From Camelus dromedarius (lineage: Eukaryota): DNA of 64,000 nt. Below, piece after piece: positions 1 through 12,700 of the stretch. Where the stretch lies: positions 115,260,001 through 115,324,000 of the forward strand of contig NC_087437.1 in NCBI RefSeq assembly GCF_036321535.1. Direction: 5' to 3'. A program made the position numbers and the translations under genes. Within the stretch, counting starts at the first letter, position 1; every line of letters begins with the position of its first letter. The notes beneath the pieces are model-generated. The model had not been told where the DNA came from. It ran no database searches and saw only the letters and a program-made list of their open reading frames with translations.

Positions 1-447
1 CTAGAATGAAACCTAGACTCAATAGTGGGTATTTGAGGTGTTAGTATCCGGACTCAGCTTACTGTTGTAGCCCTTTTACCACTGCAGTGTCTCCTTCATT
101 CCACACTGGGCTCCACCTTTCCCTACATGTGCAGTCTATTTTCCTGCCCCTTGGAATTTGATGCTCTCCTCCACCAGGAATGGGCCCAGAACTGCATACC
201 CAAGTGCCACTGATGTCTTAACCAGGCCCCATGAACCCCTTCCTGATCCTCTTCCTTGCCCGGGACCCCATGACAAAAGTAAGAGGAAGAGGGGCTTATC
301 AAATACTGTTAAGATGTTTAAACTGTCTCCAAAATTGGAACTGATGCTAACAAGTGCAGGCTACTGAGATTTTATTTCCAAACACTTCGGTATGCTACTC
401 TGAGGCTCATTGACTGTGTCTGAGTTTGTATGTGTCTGTCTTTACAG

Positions 448-515
448 CTTGAGCCTGGGGGTGACCAACGAACATTTGGATCAAAAGGGGCCTTTGGGTT
501 TCAGCATCCTGTAAG
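448..515 (+). CDS. RIPPLY3: RIPPLY3 penultimate coding exon ([23 protein letters not shown])
   Basis: tttacAG acceptor ending 447, AG|GTAAT donor at 516; encodes the FQHPVR start of the Ripply homology domain; phase-2 end joins exon 3996 in frame. Confidence 0.93.
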
Positions 516-1265
516 GTAATATCTGACTTCACTGTAAGAAATATTTCATTTCCTATTTTTTTCTCCTTTTAAAAATCTTTTAAAAATCAATTCCTTTTAA
601 TATAAGCATTAATACACTCTAGTGTCTTCAAGTGTATACGTTTCCAACAAATAGAAAATAATTTAGTATATTCCCCAATATCATTTAGTTATTATCACCC
701 CAAGGAACTTCAAAGATACTTTGTTGGATTTCTGGAATCTATTCATTTATTCATTCATTCAGTGTTTCAGTTGTAAGTTGAAATTGGCCTCTCTCTTCTC
801 TTTACATCTTTTGTTTATACCTCTCATTACATATTTTGCCTTGTGTTAAATTTAATTGCATATGAATTATATATATGTATCAGCTTATTTGCTTAGACTT
901 AGGTGCGTTTCTATTTTTCTCCCAGGGTATAAGTTAATATATTACCGAGTGCAAAGCAGACTTCTTAAATGATGGATTGGATAGATGCTGGACCACAGTT
1001 GGTTCCTCTGGCCTCTCTCAGTTCTTTCGTGGTCCTGGCAGCCATCAGGACCCTCATGGCTGTATCCTCTTTCATTTCTTCCATTTTAGGCAAGTGGTTC
1101 ATGCTCAGGGTTTTTATCTGTTTCTCTGTGTCCATCTCTCCTTTTTCTCTTAGCCTGTCTCTCTCCAGCTCTCATTTCCTTCACTGAAACAAACCTAACC
1201 TAGCGAATGCTGTCAAGTCTTGTCAGAGTATTTTTTACCCTAGTTATCCTGGAAGACTGGGAGCA

Positions 1266-1443
1266 TTTTTTTTTTAATTGAATTATAGTCAGTGTACAAT
1301 TTTGTGTCAATTTCTAGTGTACAGCACAATGTTTCAGTCATACATATACATGCATATATTCCTATTCATATTCTTTTTCATTATAGGTTACTACAAGATA
1401 GTGAATATAGTTCCCTGTGCTATACATTATAAACTTGTTGTTT
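1266..1443 (-). mobile_element. Short L1 3'-end fragment
   Basis: T-tract then ttgaattatagtcagtgtacaat...gaatatagttccctgtgctatac, the reverse complement of an L1 3' UTR end; similar copies at 5510 and 16330. Confidence 0.8.
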
Positions 1444-1469
1444 TGGAAGCTTTAATAAAACCCAAAGAG

Positions 1470-1603
1470 AGGGAGAGTATAGCTTAGTAGTAAAGTACAT
1501 GCTCAGCATGAAAAAGGTCCTGGGTTCAATCCCCAGTACCTCTGTTAAAAAAAATAATAAATAAACCTAATTACCACCCCCCCAAAAATAATAAAAAATA
1601 AAT
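1470..1603 (+). mobile_element. tRNA-derived SINE (camelid Vic-1-like)
   Basis: A-box tagcttagtagt, B-box ggttcaatccc, aaacctaattacc-C-run tail; imperfect TSD aaaacccaaaga/aaaatcccaaga. Confidence 0.88.
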
Positions 1604-1703
1604 AAAATCCCAAGATTTTAATTGCTGGAGATGAAATTTAGAGCCCATCATACTGATCAAAGAGTGATTTTTGTGAAAAAGGAAGTTTTCCTAGTGTTTC
1701 ACA

Positions 1704-1845
1704 TCAGTGGTTCTTCAGTCCTCACTGGAGAAGCTTTAAAAATACATATGCAGGGTGATTCCTCTGGGGTATGGAGAAAGGTGCAGGTATCTACTTTTAT
1801 AGGCTTCCCAGGTGATCTTACATGCCACCGGGGTTGGGAACCACC
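1704..1845. mobile_element. MER5-like hAT non-autonomous element
   Basis: cagtggttct... start, ...cccaggtgatct...ttgggaaccac end. Confidence 0.55.
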
Positions 1846-2282
1846 CCTCCTTCATGCCTGGTGAGCCCTCCCCTGCACACCTGCCCCCGGACCTGCCTTG
1901 CAGACTTTCTGCTGCTCCCCAATTTTTGATTCATTGAGAATGCAGTGACTGGCAATATGTGAGCTGCATCTGTGTAACCAAGTATTGCAAACTGAATACA
2001 GCAATTTTATCTTTTTATCACAAAAATTTCAAACCTACACAAAAATGGAGAGAATGGTATGGTGAACCCCCACGTGCCCATCACCAGCCTGAGTAATTGT
2101 CAGTGTTCTCTGGATCAGATCATGTTTATCATCTCTCCCAACTATTTTTTTGTTGTTAGAGTACTTTAAAGCAAATCCCAGACATCTTTGGCATTCATTT
2201 GCAAATACTTCAGCATGAGACCTAATTTTCAACATGACCCACCACTAAACTATACTGTCTTAGATTTACATTCCATTTGTCA

Positions 2283-2995
2283 CAGAGTTTCTCAACCTTG
2301 GGACTACCACTGCTTTGGATTGGATAAATTTTTTTGATTGAAAGACAGTTGACAAGTTGTGGTATATTTATACAATGGAGTACTGCTCAGCCATAAAAAA
2401 GAATAAAATGCCATTTGCAGTAACATAGATGGACCTGGAGATTGTTGATCTAAGTGAAGTAAGCCAGAAAGAGAAAGAAAAATACCATATGATATCACTT
2501 ATATGTGGAATCTAAAAAAAAAAGACAAATGAACTTATTTACAAAACAGAAACAGACTCACAGACATAGAAAACAAACTTAAGGTTATCAGGAGGGGAAG
2601 GGGGTGGGAAGGGATAAATTGGAGTTCCAGATTTGCGGATACTGACTACTATATATAAAATAGATAAACAACAAGGTCCTACTGTATAACACAGGGAACT
2701 ATATTCAATATCTTGTAGTAACTTATAATGAAAGTGAGTATGAAAATGAATATATGTTTGTATATGTATGACTAAACTATTATGCTGTACACCAGAAATT
2801 GACACATTATAAACTGACAATTAAAAAAAGAAAAGAAACAAATTCAGTTGACTCAACCGGATCACTCTTTGTTGCAAGAGTGTTAAGCTGCATCCCTGGC
2901 CTCTACCCGCTTAAAGCCAGTAGCTTCCTAACAGTTGCGGCAACTAAAGCTGTCTCCAGACATTGCTGAATGTCCCCTGGGGGTAGAGAGCCACC
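2283..2995 (+). mobile_element. MER20-like hAT element split by an L1 3' insertion (~2354-2838)
   Basis: cagagtttctcaaccttgg left end; catccctggcctctacc...tctccagacattgc...aatgtcccctggggg right part; the middle is an L1 3' UTR with A tail flanked by cagttgac on both sides. Confidence 0.7.
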
Positions 2996-3995
2996 ATCTA
3001 CTGGAATTCTTAGATAGTTAAAAATTGTCCTATATTATTTATAGTAGGATGTTTTCTGGTTCCCTTTTCTCCTCTATCCAAAAAAGGCAGGGAGGTGGGT
3101 GGGGCGGGGAGGGGATTGAAATCAGCTTTGCAAATACACAGTGATCAATTGATAATCCCTCCCAGACCCTCAGAAGACCATGGGGAAAAATGCAAAAATT
3201 AGTGAGTCAAGGTACAAGGATAAGAGGATGGGGAGAGTGGGGGCATTTTAAAATAATTTTCATGTATAATTGGAACCATAAATTCACCAAACCTGGATTT
3301 AAATGTTCCAAATTTTATATATCTCTGTTCTTCCTTTCCCTCCCTCCCTCTCTCTTTCTCCTTCCTCCTTCTTTCTCTTTCCCTCTCTCTTCTAGACAAA
3401 TTGCCAGGAATGCCATTTTCTCTTCTGCCAAAGCGAGGGACCCACCCCTGCAGCCTTTCTGTGGTGACGTTCAGAAAGATTAGCTACTTCTCCAGACCAG
3501 GGTTTCAGGGTCAAGTTTCCTCCAAAGTCACAATATTCCCCATACTTGAGGGTCTAGGAGGGATTGAGGCCTGACCTCAAGAGGACGTATATGATCCAGC
3601 ATAGTCAGTCAGGTCCTCTGTTTGACCAGAGAGAGCCTCTTAACCTTCCAACTCAGTGTTTCCCTATCCTATTACCCCCGTGGAAGCACACACACCATTT
3701 CCCTGCATCTATCTAAACTGATTTTCTCTCAGATTATAGCTCATTTCTGACCTAGTGCAGGGTTCACTATCAGGTTCCTGCCCCCCCAAATCTGCTCACA
3801 ATTTTGTGTTCTGGTAGCTTAAAAACAAACAAACAAAATAAAAACAAACAAACAAAAAAACCCTGCTGTGCGCAGCAAAGGCAAAATCAGAGAGGCAGGC
3901 TCGGAGTTAGCTGCTTCTAGGGAAAAGGCTCCTCCAGGTGGAGTTTAGGACTGTTTTAAGGTTGATTCACGGTGTATTTGTTTCTTAAATATTAG

Positions 3996-4275
3996 ACTTT
4001 ATTTACCCATCTCTAAGCGTCAAGAGTACCTGCAGAGTTCCGGGGAGAAGGTGCTGGCCAGTTTCCCAGTTCAAGCCACCATTCACTTCTACAACGACGA
4101 GTCAGACTCAGATGGGGAGCAAGAAGAGGAAACCCTGGAGGTGGAAGAGGGAAAGCGCCGAGACCCGCTGACAAACGCAGGATGGAGGCCGGGAGGCCAC
4201 GGTGGTCTCCATGGTGATGGTCTTCTCCCCCTCCGTGACTCTCCGGAGGATGCTGGGTGCTCCTCATCCGAGTAA
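3996..4275 (+). CDS. RIPPLY3: RIPPLY3 last coding exon (LYLPISKRQEYLQSSGEKVLASFPVQATIHFYNDES...SSE*)
   Basis: attAG acceptor ending 3995; Ripply/Bowline motif YLP...FPVQATIxFY followed by an acidic tract; TAA at 4273-4275. Confidence 0.95.
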
Positions 4276-4915
4276 ACCGGTCTCTCCCGCGCCAGACCCA
4301 CCTCACGTGTGCCAGGACTCTGCGTTTCCGCTGGGCGCGCAGGGACTTTGGCCAGCACTGCCCGCATCGCGAGGACTCAGCTTTTACTCTTCCTTCTCCT
4401 GGTCATTCTTGGTGCCGTATTCATACGTTTGAGACAGGATTCTAGGATCAAGCGAACATTTTATTCCACAGGGGTTGTTAAGTGGGTGGGGGCACCTTTC
4501 AAAGCACATTCAGCAATGTCACTCTGCTGACCAAGGGACAAATCTTTCCCGCACGGATGTATAACCCACCCATACCTCTCACTTAACCTGAGGCTCCTTA
4601 TTTAGCTATTAATGCTTTTGTAAAAATGATTTATATATTGTCATCCAGGGCTAACGTGGTTATTTAGTGGCATTCTGGGGGGAGAAAAGTATTTATAAAA
4701 AAAACCAAAAAAAAAAAACCAAAACACTGAATACTTTGCATAAGAGTGACAAAAATAAAAAAGATACGAATTGGGGGGTGGGGACAGTTCTAGATAAACA
4801 TGTATCTGATTCTTGTCTAAGGGCTGTGTGTATGACTAGAGAGAATGGCTTTAACTCTCAACTGGGGACCGCTTTGGACTTGTTACTTGAATAAAGTAAC
4901 ACTGTTGTCAATCAG
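4276..4915 (+). other. RIPPLY3: RIPPLY3 3' UTR with candidate polyadenylation signals
   Basis: Follows the stop codon; AATAAA near 4754, 4890 and 5033; the true cleavage site cannot be determined. Confidence 0.55.
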
Positions 4916-5509
4916 AGTACCTGATGTAACCTTATTTTCAGCTTTTTATATTTTGAGGAGCAAATCAGTGTAGTCATCAAGGTTTTTCACTTAACCATCT
5001 TACACGTGGTTGTTTTCCCAGTTTCTACTTGAAATAAATATTTTGAAAGGAAAAAAATTGTTTGATAATCACCTTTTTTGTTTAAGACATCTTTAGGTTT
5101 AATTAGTGCCTGCTTTAAAGTTTGTAAGTTTGTCAGGATTTTTCTATATTTAACCCTTGAAATTATATTTATAGTTTTTAAGACTGCAGAAAAAGTATAA
5201 AAAAGAAAGCAAAATGGCCTATAAGTTCAACTCAAATAATCTATTAATTTTAAAAAATAGGAGTAATACATGCAAATATTCTAACAATCCAAACAGCACA
5301 GAAAGTGTTTGTTGCAAGTGAAAGTCACCCCCTCCTGTCTTCCCCTTCTCTGTCCAAAGACACCCAACATCATTTTTTAAATTGCTGAATCCCTTTAAAA
5401 ATTTGCTTTTTTAAACTTTTTCTCTTTTCTATTTACATTTTTTTAAGAATTTTTTTCTTTAGCAAATGCTTTTATTCTTTCATTTTATTGTTTCATTTAC
5501 TGTTTTTAC

Positions 5510-5696
5510 TTATTTTATTTTATATTTTTATTGAAGTATAGTTAGTTTACAATGTTGTGTCAATTTCTGGTGTACAGCACAATGCTTCAGTCATAAAGGA
5601 ACATACATATATTCTTTTTCATATTCTCTTTCACCATAAGTTACTACAAGATATTGCATATAGTTCCATGTGCTATACAGTATAAACTTGTTGTTT
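5510..5696 (-). mobile_element. Short L1 3'-end fragment
   Basis: ttgaagtatagttagtttacaatgttgtg...aaacttgttgttt; TSD ttgtttca(t/c)ttactgttt at 5488-5505 and 5691-5708. Confidence 0.82.
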
Positions 5697-6674
5697 CACT
5701 TACTGTTTAAAGTACCTTTTTCCAAACTTAAAAACAATTCTTATGGGCTTATTTCAGAAAGGTTTTAAGATGGCTTATTTTGCTGAGTTTTAACAGAAAA
5801 ACACTAGAAGTCTTACCTCTACTCTCTCTTCCTGTGATGCTTATTATGGAGCTGAAGTCATCACATTCGGCTTTAGTTCGTTTTCTTAATAAATCAGTTT
5901 TACTGATTAAAAAGATCTGGCTCAATGATCAGTTTACTTGAAGAAACTGAATTTCACCCACATGCTGATGGCACTAGAATTTTAAATGTGCTTAGTATAC
6001 TTTCCTTAAATTAGAATGTGGCCAACCTAGTACAAATATGGAAAATGAGACCCTTTAGCTACGGATGTGGTAGCATCACAGGTCCTGTGAGTCGGGCATT
6101 TGTGAAACCGGGACACAGTGATCTTGGGGTTCCTGGGTTTTTGCAGGTTGCAGTGGTGGCCTGAGTTGGCTGCATAGAGGCTCAAATCTGAGCAAGTTCT
6201 ACACTTTTGATCATGTATCCCTATCGTTTAAAAAAAATTGAGTCTGCACCCTAACATATAGTCACTTATGAACTCTACACTGAACCATTTGAAATTGCTG
6301 ATATTCTGTTGTTTTGGCCTACAAAAATAGCAGTTTCATATGCTCGACCTGCACATGCTATCAGGCTTATATGTTCTGCACATTATCAAATATACATGCA
6401 CTACAGATTTTAAAAGATGATAGATGTATCAAATGTCCATTTTAAACATAATTAATAATTCAAAAATCCTTTTGCTCTCATTGTATATATTTATTATATA
6501 TTATTATAGTTTAATATTTAAGTTATCTCACACAGAAGCATAAATTCATGTGAAAGAAACACATCAAGCACTTACTAAGTCAGTATTTGTTTTCAGTCCC
6601 ATCTACCAATTTTGCAAAAGTTTGTTGAAATTTAATGAGGAAATTTCCATCTTCCTTGTTGTCAGTTTGTTCTT

Positions 6675-6838
6675 TGGGGGGGGGGTATAATTAGGTTTTG
6701 TTTATTTTATTTTAATTTGGGGGGGTGGGGGAGTAGTTAGACTGTTATTTATTTATTTTTAGTGAAAGTATGGGGGATTGAACCCAGGACCTTGTGTATG
6801 CTAGGCACACACTCTACCACTGAGCTACACCCTCCCCC
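6675..6838 (-). mobile_element. Vic-1-like SINE with duplicated tail motif, nested in the hAT fossil
   Basis: gggattgaacccaggacc...ctctaccactgagctacaccctcccc. Confidence 0.88.
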
Positions 6839-7288
6839 TGAGTTTGTTCTTTAAACCAACAGACGCTGCATTTTGTATTTTTATTTAGCTCTATGATATA
6901 TTTATGTTTTAGCCAAAGAAATTAAAAAATGCACTGAAACTTCTTAAGCATTTTAACACAGTTAAATGTTTTTGTTTTTTGTTTGAAGGTATACAGACTT
7001 GGTGGGTTTTTTTTTTTTAAAGTAATACATCAATTTCAGCAGAAAAGTTACCTAATGATAGAAGCAATTCCAAACATCCATTTTTCACAAGGCTCTTTTT
7101 CATAGCATGAGTTTCTTTTGATTTAACACTTACTTATTCACTCATTTTTAAGAATATCATCTTTGTATCAAAGAAACAATTTGTGTGTGTGTATGTATCT
7201 TGTTAAAATATTTGCTAACTGGCATATTTCTAACAATCACTTAGTCCCCACAAAAGGTCAGAAAATGTAAAAACTTTTAAGTTTGATA

Positions 7289-7414
7289 TTTTTTTTTGTT
7301 GGGGGGAGGTAATTAGGTTTATTTATTTATGTTTAGAGGAGGTACTGGGAATTGAACCCAGGACCTTGTGCCACTAAGCATGAGCTCTACCACTTGAGCT
7401 ATAACCTCCACCCC
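7289..7414 (-). mobile_element. Vic-1-like SINE interrupting the transposase remnant
   Basis: Same consensus; imperfect TSD taagtttgata/taacgttgata. Confidence 0.88.
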
Positions 7415-8839
7415 TAACGTTGATACTTTTAAGTGCTTTGCCAAAAGAAAGCTGGCTGGCTTGGGTTTAGTTCAAAATACTGTTGGGTCACTCCTCAGAT
7501 GTTGACAAAGGCTTATAAAAGTTCCCTGTTTGCATGATCTTATTTTTATAAAATTAACCACACTGTCTAACTTTTCTGAAGGAGTCAGGAGGCTACCACT
7601 AGCTTATGTTCATCCTACAGCAAAACAGAAGAGAAAGAGAGAAGATTGTTCTTCAAAAGACTATTTTCCTTTCATATGGGCTTAATCAGGGAATTTCTCT
7701 TTACAAATATAGATCCCTGGCAATGTTTGCCTGCGTTCCCACTTGGAACCAATCAGCTAGAGCTGAGTCATGGCTGCCCCATTGAACAACCTTGCACTCT
7801 TCGATTCTCCACAGTCTCCACCATTTCCTATTGCCTACATTTTCCATTTCCATTCATTTACAAAAAGAGAAAAAAAAAACCAAACCTTTGATGGTATTTT
7901 CTAACACCTGCATTTCCCCTTCAATATATTTTCTGCAATAGCTTGCCTAACAATGATGCAGTCTGAAATTTGGCACATACATGCAGTGCCATTTCTCTGG
8001 AATCTTAAACATTCTAATCAAAGCAGCCACTCCAACAACCATTACACTTAGCCAGGTTTTCATAAAACACATTCTTTTGAATAAGTAATTTATGCCTGAG
8101 GCTGACTTCCCTGACATCTTTTGGTTAGTGGTTCACAAAAAGTAGTTCATATTGAATCTTGCAACCACCACAAGCTGAAACATGTTAGAAATTTTTGTAC
8201 TTTCACCCAGCTGTATTGCAAGCTTCAACATTGGATTATTTGTTGTAATATTTGTTTCTTCAAATTTCCACTACATTTTCATTGAGTCCTCCAGTGCATC
8301 TGCTAACAAAAGAATGCATCTCAAATTGTTGCCATTTTGTTTCCTGCTTGTTATTTTAACCAGTTTTACTGTGGTAGCAAGAAAAAGTGTTTCCCAGTGA
8401 TATGTTTCTTTTTGAACTTCTCTATTAAACAAGAAATTGCAAAACAATCTGCTAAATACTCCTCATTAAGTTTGGCAAAATTTTGTAAAATACTAGATTG
8501 GGAATCACATGATTTTAAAGATGGTCATTGTTATCTAAGGTGTAATATACGCTTGAGTTTCAATGATATGTCAATAATTCAATTTTTAAATTGAGTATAA
8601 TTGATGTTATGTTAGTTTTGGATGCACACCATAATCAATTTTTTTCTTGATAATTTCAATTATGTTTTGCTACCTTCTTATCAGATCTTTTTACCTTGTT
8701 AACTTGGCTGAAGATGAGCTTGTAATAAAGGAAGGTGTCAGCCTCACTATTTTCCCATGGTTTGCTTGTGTTTGCATTGTCTGTATTATTTTCAATCCCA
8801 TTTCTTGGGCAGAAATTATTTTTATTGTGTTATAACTCA

Positions 8840-9275
8840 GGTACTATAAAAAGTATTCTTTGAAAGTGTACAACTCAGTTTTTAGTATATTCACAGAGTT
8901 CCGCAACCATTTCTACTAATTCCAGAATGTTTTCATTATCCACAAAAGAAACCCATACCCTTTGTCAGTCAAATCCCATTTCCTGCAACACTTCCAACCC
9001 CTGAAAACCACTAAGGTACTTTCTGTCTCTCTGGATTTTTAAATTCTGGATATTTGACATGAATGGAACCATACAACAGGTGGCCTTTTGTGGTTGGCGT
9101 CTTTCACATAGCATAACATTTACAGGGTTCATTATGTTATAGTGTGTGTCAGTACTTCATCATTTTTTATGGCTGAATAATATTTCATTGAATGAACAGA
9201 CAATATTTTACTTACTGTTCATCTGTTGATGGACAGGCGGGTTGTTTTCACTTTTTGGCTCTTACTAATAATACT
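8840..9275 (-). mobile_element. Old L1 3' fragment (L1M type)
   Basis: gtttttagtatattcacagagtt...ccacta...ctttctgtctct...ggctgaataatatttcattg. Confidence 0.7.
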
Positions 9276-9907
9276 CCTGGTCCCAGTATTTCCTATGAAT
9301 CCCTTGGCACACTCCCCCAGGTCTGTGGATTACCCAGGTGCAGACTCCCTGGCCTTGTTTACACCATATTCAGCTTCTATACCAACTTACTTTGGCTCAG
9401 AGAAAAACGTTCTGAATAAGGAAATAAGCAAAACTTTGTTTTGCAGATTTTTGCAGCTGGCCAGGCTTGAGACAGCACGCCCCACCACAACTGGTCCCCC
9501 ACCCCCAGAGGAGTCAGCAGTACCTTGCAGCAGCTGACTCACATTTCATGACTCACAGTGCATTTGCAGTAGCATTATCTTCATGCGGGGGAAACAGAAT
9601 ATTTGTTACCAAGGAAGGCTACAATGAAATAAAACAGGTACCACCACCTAGCCTATATGCCCCTGGAATTTACTTTTCAGGACTTGGTAGTAAGTTCTGG
9701 TGGGCTTCATGACAAAGGAATTAGAGACTTTATTTTAGTAGATTTTAAAGGAAGGCATGAAACTGCACTCTGAAATTATATAAAAGATTATCATTTCTCT
9801 TTATATTGCAGAAATCTATTTGAAGATTATATTGGAGTGCACAATTTTTTCTAGGATATTACATAGCAATTTTATTATAAGTATTAACATTAAGAAAATA
9901 AAAGCAT

Positions 9908-10085
9908 TGGGTAGGAGGGTATAGTTCAGTGGTAAAGTGTATGCTTAGCACATACGAGGTCCTAGGTTCAATCCCCAGTACCTCCATTAAATACATGCAT
10001 ACATACATACATATATACACCTAACTACCTCCTTCCCCAGCAAAAAAAAAAAAGTTTAAAAAAAAGAGAGAAAAAACAAATTAAA
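9908..10085 (+). mobile_element. Vic-1-like SINE
   Basis: ggagggtatagttcagtggtaaag...ggttcaatccccagtacctcc; TSD-like aaaata(a)aaagcat. Confidence 0.88.
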
Positions 10086-10149
10086 AATAAAAAAGCATCC
10101 TTTCTTCCCTCTAGGTTAATTTTTTAATGTAAACTTTAAAAAATTATTT

Positions 10150-10369
10150 TTTATGTTTTAAATTACTTTTTGGTTTTTTTTTGGGGGGGGGAAGAAATTA
10201 GGTTTCTTTCTTCCTTCCTTCCTTCCTTTCTTCCTTCCTTTCTTCCTTTCTTTCTTCCTTTCTTCCTTTCTTCCTTTCTTTTTCTTTCTTTCAGTAGAGG
10301 TCCTGGGGATTGAATACAGGGTCTTGTGCATGCTAACCATGCACTCTAGCACTGAGCTATACCTTCCCC
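10150..10369 (-). mobile_element. Vic-1-like SINE with (TTCC/TTTC)n expansion in its tail
   Basis: gggattgaatacagg...cactgagctataccttcccc; aatgtaaa on both flanks. Confidence 0.85.
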
Positions 10370-10469
10370 ACAATGTAAATTTTTATTGAAGAATAATACA
10401 TCTACAGAAGAACTATATATATTATAAGCTTGATATGTTTTTACAAAGTGAATATACTCATGAAAATAG

Positions 10470-11158
10470 CCCTTTTTCAGGTTCTTCTCCATTATCAGTT
10501 ATTACAAGATATCAAATATAGTTCCCTGTGCCACACAGTATATACCTTGCTGTTTATATATTTTATATATAGTGGTGTGTATCTGTTAATCCCATACTCC
10601 TAAGTTATCCCTCCTTCCCTCTTCCCCCTTTGGTAACCATAAGTTTGTTTTCTATGTCTGTGAGTCTGTTTCTGTTTTGTAAATAAGCTCATTTGTATTA
10701 TTCTTTAGATTCCATATATAAGTGAATTCATATATTTGTCTTTCTCTTCTGACTTACTTCACTTAGTATGATCATCTCTAGGTCCACCTACATTGCTACA
10801 AATGGCATGATTTCATTCTTTTCATGGCTGAGTAATATTCCTCTGTATACCTATACCACATCTTCTTAACCCATTCATCTGTTGATGGACATATAGGTTG
10901 CTTCCACGTCTTGGCTATTGTAAACAGTGCTACAATGAACATTGGCATGCATATATCTTTTCGAGTTAGAGTTTCCTCTAGATATATGCTCAGGTGTAGG
11001 ATTGTTGGATCATACGGTAACTCTATTTTCAGTTTTTTAAGGCATCTCCATACCATTTGCCATAGTGGTTGCACCAGTCTACATTCCCACCAGCAGTATA
11101 GAAGGGTTCTCTTTCCTCCACAGCTTCTCCAGAATTTGTAGACTTTTTGATGATGGCC
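10470..11158 (-). mobile_element. L1 fragment, ORF2 C-terminus plus 3' UTR
   Basis: ORF 10796-11074 (-) encodes [22 protein letters not shown]...[34 protein letters not shown], the L1 ORF2p C-terminus. Confidence 0.92.
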
Positions 11159-11865
11159 AGAATGGTTCCAATTTTTAAAAGACAGATAATAACAAGTGTT
11201 GCCAGGGATGTGGAGAAACCAGAATCCTCAGACATCACTGGTAGTAGTGTAAAATAGCTAACAGTTTGGAAAATAGTTGGGCAACTTCATTAAAAAGTTA
11301 AACATAGGCTTACCATACATCCCAGCAATTCCACTCCTGGAATCTATCCAGGAGAAATGAAAACATTTGCCCACTCAAAGACTTGTATACAAATGTTCAT
11401 CGCAGCTTTAGTCATAATAACCCCAAACTGGAAACAATCCAAATGTCCATCAGCTGGGGAATGGATAAATAAAGCATGAGATATCCATGTAATGGGATAC
11501 TATTCAGCAATAAAAGGAGTGCAGTGAAGTTTTAATACTTGCTAAAACATGAATGGACCTTGAAAATGTCATGCTAAGTGAAAGAAGCAAAAATCCAACA
11601 GACTTCACTGTATGATTCCATTTATGTAAGAAAAGGCAAATTTATAGTGACAGAAAGGAAAACTGGTTGCTTAGTGCTGGCAGCAGGTCCGAGAATTAAC
11701 TGTAAATGGGCACAAGAAAACTTTTAAGAGCGACAGAAATGTTCTAAAACTGGATGATGGTGATTGTTGCACATTTCCATAAATTTACTAAAATCATTGA
11801 GTTGTGCAGTGCCAATGAGTGACATATAGTACATAAATTACACCCCAATAAATTTGTTTTAAAAA
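11159..11865 (+). mobile_element. Older L1 fragment (L1MB/MC-like), opposite orientation
   Basis: aataacaagtgttg...gatgtggagaaac...cccagcaattccactcct...aaatgtccatca; ends with aataaa. Confidence 0.82.
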
Positions 11866-12559
11866 GCTTAAACTCTTCTATCATAACAATATTTGTATTT
11901 TTCTTTAGCCACTGAACCACTAAAGGAATAATACAATTTTTTTCTGACTGACAAAATTTACATTTAAAAAAGTAACATACAAAAAAAATTCTAAAGAAAT
12001 CCTTTGACTTCTTCTTTGGCACTCATAGTTTTTTATTCTCCTGGGTTAATCAAGGGTCTTGTCTTCTGCACACTTGCACTGACCTCTGGGCCATCCATCA
12101 TATCAAGTTAAAGAGATCCCAGGTGTATTTTTAGGATGAGGACTTCAATTCTAAAGTAAGACGTGGAGGGAAGACCAATTGCTAAGAGCCAGGTCATCAT
12201 CTGGCTAGGTCTTCCTGTGAATATCTTAAATTACTTTAAACTCCAAGAATACGCTGTTGAACAATGTAGTCTGCCCAATACCCAGATTTAAGCAAGGTGT
12301 AGGACTTCAGGTATCAGCAATACCAAACAATAATGGTCACCAACTGTCGTAATTTGGGGTCTATCCAGGTACATCAAACATGCCACCTGCACATTCAGAA
12401 ATTTTACATGGTTTTCTACATCACTATGCTGGTCTCTAGTAACAGTTACAACTACCATGTGGATCATTAAAAAGATATTTTTAAATATTTAGAAACACAT
12501 TTCTTATCAACATACAGAAGATACAGAAAAGTGAGCAAATTGTAAGTGCTTGATGAATT

Positions 12560-12700
12560 TGATGACTGATTGATTGATGGTGGGGAGGTAATCAGGTTTA
12601 TTTGTTTATTTCCTTGTTTGATGGAGGTACTGGGGATTGAACCCAGGACCTTGTGCATACTTGGCACACACTCTATCACTGAGCTATGCCCTCCCTCCTC
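12560..12700 (-). mobile_element. Vic-1-like SINE nested in an old L1 fragment (~12500-13175)
   Basis: SINE consensus; TSD gatgaattt. Confidence 0.85.

Larger units (their letters stand above)
6190..8820 (-). mobile_element. Decayed hAT (Charlie/Buster-type) DNA transposon with transposase remnants
   Basis: Minus-strand translation near 7570-7420 gives LDSVVNFIKIRS...SLCQHLRSD, then after a frameshift LSFGKALKSI; near 7240 *LLEICQLANIL; these resemble the Buster-family VNFIK, WLSRGKVL and WLxxLAYLADIF motifs; boundaries approximate. Confidence 0.7.

Noticed and set aside
4180..4193. WRPG in the RIPPLY3 C-terminus resembling the WRPW Groucho/TLE motif
   Set aside because: The real Ripply WRPW is N-terminal and upstream of this window; this lacks the final W and sits in a divergent tail
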